Source: an archaeon (GTDB lineage Archaea; Asgardarchaeota; Thorarchaeia; Thorarchaeales; Thorarchaeaceae). Taken from it: a DNA stretch of 32,000 nt. The notes under the pieces were generated by a model. The model made no database searches and was not told where the DNA came from. It saw only the letters and a program-made list of their open reading frames with translations. Shown here one piece after another: positions 17,544 to 25,628 of the stretch; within the stretch, counting starts at the first letter, position 1; each line of letters opens with the position of its first letter. The DNA lies in contig JAJRZD010000043.1 in NCBI GenBank assembly GCA_024275415.1, forward strand, positions 30,001 to 62,000, in the 5' to 3' direction. The position numbers and the translations under genes were made by a program.

Positions 17544-17560
17544 CTAAGAAGGACAAAATA

Positions 17561-17881
17561 ATGTTTGTTTCTAATAACGACGAATCAGTAATGCTCTTCG
17601 ATGACGAAGTTGATGGTATTGTGAAGATCTTCAAAGCACTTGCAGATAAGACTCGTGTGAAGGTCATCTCAATTCTGACTTCTCCAAAGAAACATCGCGT
17701 GTCAGAGATCGCAAAGATGCTTGATATGGAGGTAAGCAGGATTAGTCACCAACTGACCAAGCTTGAAGACATGGGGTTTGTCAAAGGAATAAGAGATGGA
17801 AGGAACATATACTATGAAATCCAAGACGAATGCATCAAAACAATCCTCAGAACCGCAAAAGATCATATCAGTGGAAAATAA
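17561..17881 (+). CDS. ArsR/SmtB-family metal-responsive repressor
   Basis: IFKALADKTRVKVISIL...VSEIAKML...ISHQLTKLEDMGFVKGIRDGRNIYY. Start moved from GTG 17513 to ATG 17561 (GAAGGA SD; the operator occupies 17528-17543). Confidence 0.93.
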   Translation: MFVSNNDESVMLFDDEVDGIVKIFKALADKTRVKVISILTSPKKHRVSEIAKMLDMEVSRISHQLTKLEDMGFVKGIRDGRNIYYEIQDECIKTILRTAKDHISGK

Positions 17882-19775
17882 GGCAGTCTGTTCGCATTGT
17901 GAAGCAGAGAGAATGACCCGCGAATCGGTCGGGTTCAGAACCAAGTACATTCTCGCCATAGTGGCAGCGATTACGCTGGTCATAGGACTGATTGTGCAGA
18001 CATTGGGATTTCATCCAATTGTCTACTACAGCTTCTTTCTAATCAGCATATTCTCAGCCGGTAGATGGATAATTCCCAACGGGATTCGCAGTATCGCAAA
18101 AGCGCACCTAGGGATTAGCTTCCTGATGACAGTGGCTGCAGTGGGTGCGTTGCTTATCGGTGAACCAGCAGAAGGGGCAGCAGTGATGTTCCTCTTCTAT
18201 GTCGCCGAGCTCCTTGAATCAAAGGCAGGAGAAAAAGTGAGAGTTGAGATCGAAAGCTTGCTTGAACTTGAACCAGACACGGTCACAATAGTAGAGGATG
18301 GAAATGAATACTGCACCGCTCCGGATCATGTCAAAGCTGGACAGCTTTTTTCGGTCAAACCAGGGGAGCGGATTGGGCTGGATGGGATAGTGGCACAAGG
18401 ACGGTCAACAGTGAATCAGGCACCGATAACAGGCGAATCGCTTCCTGTGGACAAGGATGTAGGTGATGAGGTGTTTGCTGGAACGATCAACATAGATGGC
18501 TATCTTGTTGTCGAGGTCACGCGGGAATCCAAGGACTCTGTGCTCTCGCGGATAGTCAAGCTCGTACAAGACGCCAGAAATTCCAAATCTCCAACAGAAC
18601 GATTCGTTTCAAGGTTTTCACATGTTTACACTCCGATTGTCATTCTTGGGTCAATATTGATGGCTCTTTTCACATTCGTCTTAGTAGGATCTGTCCAGTA
18701 CGCGATATACCGGGGACTCACGCTTCTTGTCATCTCGTGTCCATGCGCATTTGCAATCTCTATTCCTGTTAGCATGGTGTCATCCATCGTGGGTTCAGCC
18801 AGAGATGGTGTCCTTGTCAAGGGATCGGATCATCTAGAGAACCTCAGCAAAGTGAAGACTGTCGCGTTGGACAAGACAGGCACCTTGACGCAAGGAGACC
18901 TGTCATTGCTGGACATATGCCTCCATAATGGGGCGTCGCGACAAGATGTGCTAAGTGCTGCCATAGCATTGGAAAACATGTCAGAACATCCAATTGCTCA
19001 AGCCATCTTGAGAGCAGGAAACACAGAAGGTATAGAAACAAGTCAGGCAGAAGAGTTCATCGCAATCCCCGGCCGCGGTGTGAAAGGTGTCGTAGACAAT
19101 GAAACATATCTCGTGGGAAACCAGAAGTTACTGGTCGCAGAACAAATCGAGCTTCCAGATCGTAGCCATGAATGTGGCATTGGCACGATGGTCTATGTTG
19201 TACGAGAGAAGACACATCTTGGGACAGTGATCCTTGGTGACTCGGTCAGACCTACGACAAAGGAAGCAATCAGCGACTTGAAGAATTCAGGCATCTACAC
19301 CGTGATGCTGACTGGTGATAGCAATGACATTGCTCAGGAAACTGCAAAAGCGCTGGGCGTCGATGAGGTATATGCTGAGTTGCTACCACAAGAGAAAGTG
19401 GAGAAGATAAGGGAGTTGACAGCCAGAGGCACCACTGTCATGGTGGGTGATGGCATCAATGATACGCCGGCTCTTGCCGCCGCAGACATTGGGATTGCCA
19501 TGGGCGTGATATCAAGTGATGCTGCTATCGAAACTGCTGATATCGCTCTTATGGAGGAAGATCTAAGGAAGATACCTAAATTGATTCGCAGGGCAAAGAG
19601 AACGATGAGGATAGTAAAAGAGAATGTCATTCTCTCGATATCGCTCAAACTTTTCATCGGGTTCCTTGCAATCATAGGTGTGGCCACCCTGTGGACGGCA
19701 ATTCTCTTTGGTGACATGGGACTGACTCTCGTCGTCATAGCCAATGCGCTGAGGCTTACGAGAAAGCGCTCATGA
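17871..19775 (+). CDS. Heavy-metal P1B-type ATPase, subgroup P1B-2 (Zn/Cd/Pb; ZntA/CadA-like)
   Basis: TGES, SCPC, DKTGT, SEHP and GDGINDTP motifs. Lys in the penultimate TM (SLKLF) and DxG in the last TM (GDMG) indicate P1B-2; no HEGT motif. Start proposed at GTG 17871 (overlapping the ArsR end); ATG 17913 is the alternative. Confidence 0.92.
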   Translation: MENKAVCSHCEAERMTRESVGFRTKYILAIVAAITLVIGLIVQTLGFHPIVYYSFFLISIFSAGRWIIPNGIRSIAKAHLGISFLMTVAAVGALLIGEPAEGAAVMFLFYVAELLESKAGEKVRVEIESLLELEPDTVTIVEDGNEYCTAPDHVKAGQLFSVKPGERIGLDGIVAQGRSTVNQAPITGESLPVDKDVGDEVFAGTINIDGYLVVEVTRESKDSVLSRIVKLVQDARNSKSPTERFVSRFSHVYTPIVILGSILMALFTFVLVGSVQYAIYRGLTLLVISCPCAFAISIPVSMVSSIVGSARDGVLVKGSDHLENLSKVKTVALDKTGTLTQGDLSLLDICLHNGASRQDVLSAAIALENMSEHPIAQAILRAGNTEGIETSQAEEFIAIPGRGVKGVVDNETYLVGNQKLLVAEQIELPDRSHECGIGTMVYVVREKTHLGTVILGDSVRPTTKEAISDLKNSGIYTVMLTGDSNDIAQETAKALGVDEVYAELLPQEKVEKIRELTARGTTVMVGDGINDTPALAAADIGIAMGVISSDAAIETADIALMEEDLRKIPKLIRRAKRTMRIVKENVILSISLKLFIGFLAIIGVATLWTAILFGDMGLTLVVIANALRLTRKRS

Positions 19776-19780
19776 TAGCA

Positions 19781-21376
19781 TCACTTGAAAGACTCCATTG
19801 CGCGGGTTGATAGTGCAAGGAAGAGAATTACAAAGAACACAGTGAGCAACGGGAGGAACACTATGATTTCGAGTGATTTCCCGTATAGTAATATGAGCCA
19901 CACCATCAGCCCTCCAATGGCAAGATTGATTGTCGGAAAGGAGAACGCAAGCGGGACAGGGGGATTCTTCGGGTCGTTTGTGAAGACCGGCACATACGCT
20001 CCGACCATGATCCCTGTCGCAGAAAACACTAGAAGCATTGGAGCAGCAAGGAATATCAGATAGGCAGCACCAGGGATTCGCATGAAGTAAAGGATGAGAA
20101 GGAAAAGAGGTAACGAGGTGAGGGACACTTCTACGACAGCGAATAGATACTTTGCCAGTATGATATCTCTCGACCGAAACGGACTGGATCTTAGAAGATA
20201 GATGTTGTCTTTCTCATCAACAAACGCAAGCAGTGATGGAAGCACTGTCATCTGGGTGAACAGGACAATCACGAGCATGAAAGCCTGAGTCAAGGAAGCT
20301 GCAAATTCTGAGGGAATCGGAATGGGTGTCATCCATAGAGGCTGGACTAGAAGGAGATAGATGCCAAACGCTACTCCAAAGACCACATACACATACTTCC
20401 AGAATTGTACCGGCGTGCGCATCTTGCTCCAGAAGTCCTTGAGAATGATCCACATCATGGGGTCTTTGAAACGTGTCTTGGAGAAATCTACTTGTCCTCG
20501 AATCCGTTGGCTGATGCCACCTGTTGCTTCCACTTCTTCGTTCCGGCCTTTGGCGAACACCTCATAGATATCATAATCTACGACAATCGTGAGAGCAAGG
20601 AACCCTATGAAGAAAGCGATGAAAATGACTACAAGCAACGCAGCGATAGGAGCTCCGATTGAATGCACTCCAAAGCTCTCCATTATGATGATACTAACCA
20701 TGTTGCTTGGATACCCAAACTGGAAAATTGGGTTGCTTGAATACTCTGGCATTGCTGGTACATAAAGAACCGCTGCAATCGGGAGAAGTATGAGATGTGC
20801 TGCACGCGACTTCCAGACTGCGTGTACCTTGGTTCTAAGGATACTGCAGAAGCCCCCTACGAAATAGTTGAATTCGAGGAAGAAGATCAACGCAACTATC
20901 GTGATCATCAATGACAACGCAAATAGATGAGCGCTCTGCAATAGAGGGGATATGACGATAACCCCGATGATGATGTACATCATCTTGCGCACAATCCTCC
21001 TCAAATAGCGGGCCAGAAACAATTGATGTGGTCGAACTGGGGCTGTCATCATGATGTGCTCGTCTGAGGATTCTAGGACTTGCGAGGGACCAAGCCCAAA
21101 ATATCCACCTAATGCAGAGGCAACTGTCAGGAGCCCCACTACCGAGAAGATGGCTGATTTCTCGATATTGTCCTCGATGTATTGGATCATGGGAGAGAAG
21201 TATGGTGCCAAATCGAGAAATGAAGAAACGACAGATGCAACGATGAAGGAACCGCCTAATGTGATGCCATAGAATACCAGCATTGATGGGGCTCGGAGCG
21301 TCCGTATAAATTGGTTGAACATCATCCGGAGTTCCATTCTGACTAGGAATGGAGTTTTGATGTCGCTCATGTGCAT
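19781..21376 (-). CDS. ABC exporter permease (ABC-2/putative ABC exporter family)
   Basis: Two-repeat polytopic membrane protein with the loops MTAPVRPHQLFLARY and LLRSSPFRSRDIILAKY. Starts immediately after the ABC ATPase stop. Confidence 0.8.
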   Translation of the reverse strand: MHMSDIKTPFLVRMELRMMFNQFIRTLRAPSMLVFYGITLGGSFIVASVVSSFLDLAPYFSPMIQYIEDNIEKSAIFSVVGLLTVASALGGYFGLGPSQVLESSDEHIMMTAPVRPHQLFLARYLRRIVRKMMYIIIGVIVISPLLQSAHLFALSLMITIVALIFFLEFNYFVGGFCSILRTKVHAVWKSRAAHLILLPIAAVLYVPAMPEYSSNPIFQFGYPSNMVSIIIMESFGVHSIGAPIAALLVVIFIAFFIGFLALTIVVDYDIYEVFAKGRNEEVEATGGISQRIRGQVDFSKTRFKDPMMWIILKDFWSKMRTPVQFWKYVYVVFGVAFGIYLLLVQPLWMTPIPIPSEFAASLTQAFMLVIVLFTQMTVLPSLLAFVDEKDNIYLLRSSPFRSRDIILAKYLFAVVEVSLTSLPLFLLILYFMRIPGAAYLIFLAAPMLLVFSATGIMVGAYVPVFTNDPKNPPVPLAFSFPTINLAIGGLMVWLILLYGKSLEIIVFLPLLTVFFVILFLALSTRAMESFK

Positions 21377-22300
21377 TCACACCTCTGGAATCCCACCGGT
21401 CAGCATCAAGAAAATCTCCTCCAATGATGTGGCTCCTGGATTCGATTCGCGCAGCTGTTCTATGGTCCCAGTCCCAACAACCTTACCGTGGTTCATAATC
21501 ACGAAACGATCGCACAATGCCTCGGCCACCTCAAGGATATGCGTAGAGATGAGGATTGCAGACCCGTCATCTCTGAGTTCCCGCAAGAGTGACTTTAGAG
21601 ACCATGCTCCACGAGGGTCTAATCCATAGATGGGTTCGTCGAGTGCTAAGATGAACGGCGGCTCTCGGACAAAAATGCCTGCGAGAAGAGTTCGCTGGAG
21701 GTTGCCTTTTGACAGAGTGCCAATATAGGAATTCAAGAACTCGTCCAGCTGGAACCGAGATACGAATTCCCGGATTCGGAGGAGGGCGTTGATTCGAGGA
21801 ACGTCATATATGCGAGCGACGAATGTCAGGTATTCAATGACCCGTAGACTTGGGTAACAGGTCGGACGTTCGGGGATATATCCAATTCTTCTCTTTGCCT
21901 CAACAGGTTCTTTCCGTATGTCGTATCCGTTTACAGTGACTTGGCCGTTCGTTGGTTTTATGATACCCGTTAGCACTCGTAAGGTGGTAGATTTGCCAGC
22001 ACCATTTGGGCCAACCAGACCAACAATCTCACCCGGATGAACCTCAAGATCAAGATTTGCAACAGCTACCTTGGAGCCAAACTCCTTGTGAAGATTGCTT
22101 ATTTTCAAAGCTGGGATGTCAAGCTTCTGGACGGGCTTGCCCTTCTCCGTTTGCCAATGTAACTTTAGAGCCTGTACGAGGTCGTTTTCGATTTTTGCCC
22201 TGCTCACATGTCGATAAGTAAGTGGGACTCCCAGTGCTTCTGCTAGCCTTATCAATTCAGGCCCCGTCATCTGATGGATTAATTCCAGTTCATCTTGCAT
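21377..22300 (-). CDS. ABC transporter ATP-binding protein with N-terminal helical extension
   Basis: Walker A GPNGAGKST, signature LSKGN, Walker B LALDEP, H-switch STHIL; about 60 extra N-terminal residues. Confidence 0.93.
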   Translation of the reverse strand: MQDELELIHQMTGPELIRLAEALGVPLTYRHVSRAKIENDLVQALKLHWQTEKGKPVQKLDIPALKISNLHKEFGSKVAVANLDLEVHPGEIVGLVGPNGAGKSTTLRVLTGIIKPTNGQVTVNGYDIRKEPVEAKRRIGYIPERPTCYPSLRVIEYLTFVARIYDVPRINALLRIREFVSRFQLDEFLNSYIGTLSKGNLQRTLLAGIFVREPPFILALDEPIYGLDPRGAWSLKSLLRELRDDGSAILISTHILEVAEALCDRFVIMNHGKVVGTGTIEQLRESNPGATSLEEIFLMLTGGIPEV

Positions 22301-22347
22301 CTTTCATAAACCCCCAGTAGCACTATTCAAGGGATACCTGTGAATCA

Positions 22348-23457
22348 TCAATGGACATCACTCTCATCCGTCTGTTCATCGAACTCGAATCTTGGTGTTT
22401 TGTTCCCCCACTTCCTGAAGAAGGACATTACCATATACCTGAAAGGAACCGTTACATGCCGAGAAGGTTCGATATATACCCCCGTAACGTTTGGCTCCGC
22501 CTTTATCTTTTTGCTTCGCCGAATGACAACGATACATGCTATTTGAAGAATGGGTACAAAAAGGAAAATGTACCCGGTCCAATAGAAAACTGCCAGTGCT
22601 AAGGTCGCGAATGTTAGAAACAGTAGAGGAATCAAGGAAACAAGGCCAAGTGTGACGACAAAAGATTTTCTGTATCGTTCTTGCACATAAAGAAACGACG
22701 CTAGAACAAAAAGAAAGCTCCATACTGAGGTCGTTAGCATAAGAGGAAGAAACCGAATCCCACCTATTGTGAACATGAAGGATTCTGAAGATATGAGCGA
22801 CGCCGGACTGTACTGGAACGAGTAAAAAGCAGCCAATGCCGAGATTCTGATATGACTATCAATCTGTACGACGGATGGAAACACAAACAAGGCAAGCAGA
22901 AGACGTCCACTTGTTATCGAGAAGAGTGTATTCTTTTTCTGAGAAAATGACTCAGATGCCATCGATATTGTGGGGGTGTTGAAATCAGCCTCTATCTTAA
23001 GAAGGGGGATGAGAATCTGCGTGACTGATAGAAGCATTGCGAACGATGGCATGAAGGGAAAGTTTTCCACAGCGAACATACCAGTATCGATCTGACCGGC
23101 CGTCGTGAGTTCGGAAGGCATGAGAACTGATGTTAAAGCCAATGTCAATCCAATCAGTATAACACCTTCTAAGAACAGCGATTCCCCCTCTGTTCGTATG
23201 ACCACTCTATATGTGAAATACGCACTCGGAATGATGATCATCATCATGTTCACTAAGGCAATTGGAGAGAACGAATTCAGAAACACATAAGGCCGAACCG
23301 CAGTGAAGATTGCATAGAATATGCTTAAGACTTCAATACTGCCGTCAGGGGTACGTCCAAACCTATACGGCATTATAACAAGGAAAAAAGTCAATAAAAG
23401 AAATCTACCCCAGCGAGATTTTATGACCATCTGCTTCACATCAACACCTCCACACAA
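22348..23457 (-). CDS. Hypothetical polytopic membrane protein, probably two internal repeats
   Basis: 369 aa. Two similar hydrophobic blocks (GRFLLLTFFLVIMPY... and GRLLLALFVFPSVV...) separated by a polar linker. No family recognised. Confidence 0.7.
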   Translation of the reverse strand: MCGGVDVKQMVIKSRWGRFLLLTFFLVIMPYRFGRTPDGSIEVLSIFYAIFTAVRPYVFLNSFSPIALVNMMMIIIPSAYFTYRVVIRTEGESLFLEGVILIGLTLALTSVLMPSELTTAGQIDTGMFAVENFPFMPSFAMLLSVTQILIPLLKIEADFNTPTISMASESFSQKKNTLFSITSGRLLLALFVFPSVVQIDSHIRISALAAFYSFQYSPASLISSESFMFTIGGIRFLPLMLTTSVWSFLFVLASFLYVQERYRKSFVVTLGLVSLIPLLFLTFATLALAVFYWTGYIFLFVPILQIACIVVIRRSKKIKAEPNVTGVYIEPSRHVTVPFRYMVMSFFRKWGNKTPRFEFDEQTDESDVH

Positions 23458-23776
23458 TTTGAATATGGCTCTACTAGAACGCTGAAAAAGGTGATGTATT
23501 GCGTAGTAGAGTTCCTATCAGCTGCGCAAAACATTGACAATTCTGGACAATTTCGTGTATTTGGTCATATAGATTCGCCAAGATATACTTCTTGAGCCTG
23601 TCTTATCATAATCGGGGCTTCACGGCGTCGCTCCCTGAAAGCACAGCAATCCGGTATCCAAGTCCTTACAACTTTCATATACAGTTGCGCATATTCTTAT
23701 ATACCATTCACATAAGACTAACAGCAGTGAAATAAAGCCTCATTACGACGAGTGGTAACCAGGAGACCTCTAGTCA

Positions 23777-24712
23777 ATGAGTCTTAGTCTTCTACAAAAG
23801 CATCTTGCATACTGGATGCTGTTCAACGAGATGAAGGGAGTCACTACCAGTAGCATACTTGACCTGCTGAACAGGTACGGAGGGCTAGAGTCAGCGTTTC
23901 TGGCATACATCCGTTCCAAGGACGCCCTGCCTATCCGTGTTGTCAAGGATAGGGGTGTACAATCATGGGAGCGACTTGCAGCCCTGTACCTCCGGGCTGT
24001 GCAGACTGCTGAGAGAGATCAGGTCAGGATCCTTACAGCAATAGGGAAGGGATACCCCAAGAGGCTCATGAAGATTCCTAACATGCCGCCAACTCTCTTT
24101 GTGAGGGGCAATGCAGACGCACTGAACGCTCAGAAGGCAGTTGCGATTGTGGGGACGAGGAAGCCGTCTGCCTACGGACGGAAGAAAGCATATCAGATCG
24201 CACATGGACTGGCAAAGTCAGGCTATGTCATCATCTCGGGCCTTGCCTTTGGCATTGACACGCAGGCACACCTAGGTGCATTGGACGCACAGGGAACGAC
24301 TGTTGCTGTTCTTGCCAGCTATGTGTGCAACATTGTGCCAAAGTCGAACCAAGATATTGCCGAGAGGATACTATCCCTCAACGGGGCCATCGCCTCGGAG
24401 TATCCGCCCGGTACAAAGCCAACTCGTGACAAGTTTGTCTACCGGAACAGGCTAATTGCTGCACTTACAGATGCCACTATCATCGTCGAGGGATATCTGA
24501 GAAGTGGGACAAGGCATCAGGCATCCTATTCCCGAGAACTCCACCGTCGGATATTCGTCGTGTCCCCTGACGACAGGCAAGACCCGCAGGCAGAGCTACC
24601 ATTGTATCTGGAGAGAAGGGGCGCGGAGGCGATAGAGAGTGCGAATGATTTTCTGGAGGCCATGGAGTCTACAAAGGGTGACGGGATAGAGGGGAGTAAG
24701 GTAAGGATGTGA
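23777..24712 (+). CDS. dprA: DNA-processing protein DprA/Smf (short form without C-terminal wHTH)
   Basis: AIVGTRKPSAYG, IISGLAFGIDTQAHLGAL, SEYPPG and RNRLIAAL...IIVEG...SGT motifs. Confidence 0.9.
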   Translation: MSLSLLQKHLAYWMLFNEMKGVTTSSILDLLNRYGGLESAFLAYIRSKDALPIRVVKDRGVQSWERLAALYLRAVQTAERDQVRILTAIGKGYPKRLMKIPNMPPTLFVRGNADALNAQKAVAIVGTRKPSAYGRKKAYQIAHGLAKSGYVIISGLAFGIDTQAHLGALDAQGTTVAVLASYVCNIVPKSNQDIAERILSLNGAIASEYPPGTKPTRDKFVYRNRLIAALTDATIIVEGYLRSGTRHQASYSRELHRRIFVVSPDDRQDPQAELPLYLERRGAEAIESANDFLEAMESTKGDGIEGSKVRM

Positions 24713-24822
24713 TACCAATGAGAGTGGTCTGGGAAAGAAGAGGTACTGTCGAGTTGTTCCCGTTGTAGATCTGTGCGTGTGCTTCATTCTGGTGAATTGA
24801 TCCCGCAACTTGCGATGAACGG

Positions 24823-25548
24823 TCAGCCAATGAAGAACTCCAAGTCGACGGGAACAAGACGCTCCGTTTCAAGATTCCAATTGACCACCCTGCATGATAG
24901 GGCATAGACCTCTACACCCACACTGTGGGCATCACGAAGAGCATCACCGAACTTCGGATCCATGGGGTCATTCGGCGAGAACAATCGTGCATCAGGTCTC
25001 TGGATGATGAAGACAACAGCGGCTCGGGATGCCAGATTTTCCGATAATGTCCGAGACAGAGAATGCATATGTCTTGCGCCACGTACAGTGGGGGCATCTG
25101 GGAAAATAGCATGGCCGTCCTCGACCAGTGTGCATGACTTGACCTCGATGAATGCCACGCCAGACTCGCCTTCAAGCCTGAAATCGAATCGCCCCTCGTA
25201 GACACGCGGCTCTGAAACGATGGTGTCGTACTCGGCGAAGGGAGCAAACCGTTTTGCCACCAGTAGTTGTTTCATGAACCTATTTGGAAGATTAGAATCG
25301 ATTGACACTCTCACGCCATCGTGTTCAACGCCAATCACATCGTATGATGTTCTCCTGTGGGAATGATCAGCCTTACGTACGAACACCTTCTTGCCAGGAT
25401 AAAGGAGTTCGTGCATCCGCCCAGGGTTAGGAATGAATGCCTCAACAACATCAGAGCCAAGTCGTATCAGTCCAAGAAACCTGTTAGGTCTTTTGACCAG
25501 TGTTGCTACTGTGATATTTTGCTGGTTTATCAAACGGGAGCCTCCCAT
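24823..25548 (-). CDS. sfsA: SfsA-family DNA/RNA nuclease
   Basis: RPNRF, FIPNPGRM, RFDFRL, FIEVKSCTL and FPDAPTVRGARH motifs. The real start may be TTG 25530. Confidence 0.93.
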   Translation of the reverse strand: MGGSRLINQQNITVATLVKRPNRFLGLIRLGSDVVEAFIPNPGRMHELLYPGKKVFVRKADHSHRRTSYDVIGVEHDGVRVSIDSNLPNRFMKQLLVAKRFAPFAEYDTIVSEPRVYEGRFDFRLEGESGVAFIEVKSCTLVEDGHAIFPDAPTVRGARHMHSLSRTLSENLASRAAVVFIIQRPDARLFSPNDPMDPKFGDALRDAHSVGVEVYALSCRVVNWNLETERLVPVDLEFFIG

Positions 25549-25628
25549 AGGACATCCTAGTTAACTTAAAAATCGAATTGCTTATTGACAATGTGGATGT
25601 TGGGACGATAGACCGTAGAGTGTGATAT

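Noticed and set aside
17796-17870. Upstream ATG starts (17796, 17814) for the P1B ATPase
   Set aside because: They would overlap the conserved ArsR C-terminus by 68-86 nt, and the added residues look like off-frame translation.
23458-23776. 320-bp intergenic region with an 8-bp inverted repeat (CTCTACTA/TAGTAGAG) and a 33-codon ORF
   Set aside because: No recognisable ncRNA family and no properly spaced SD. Consistent with a divergent promoter region.
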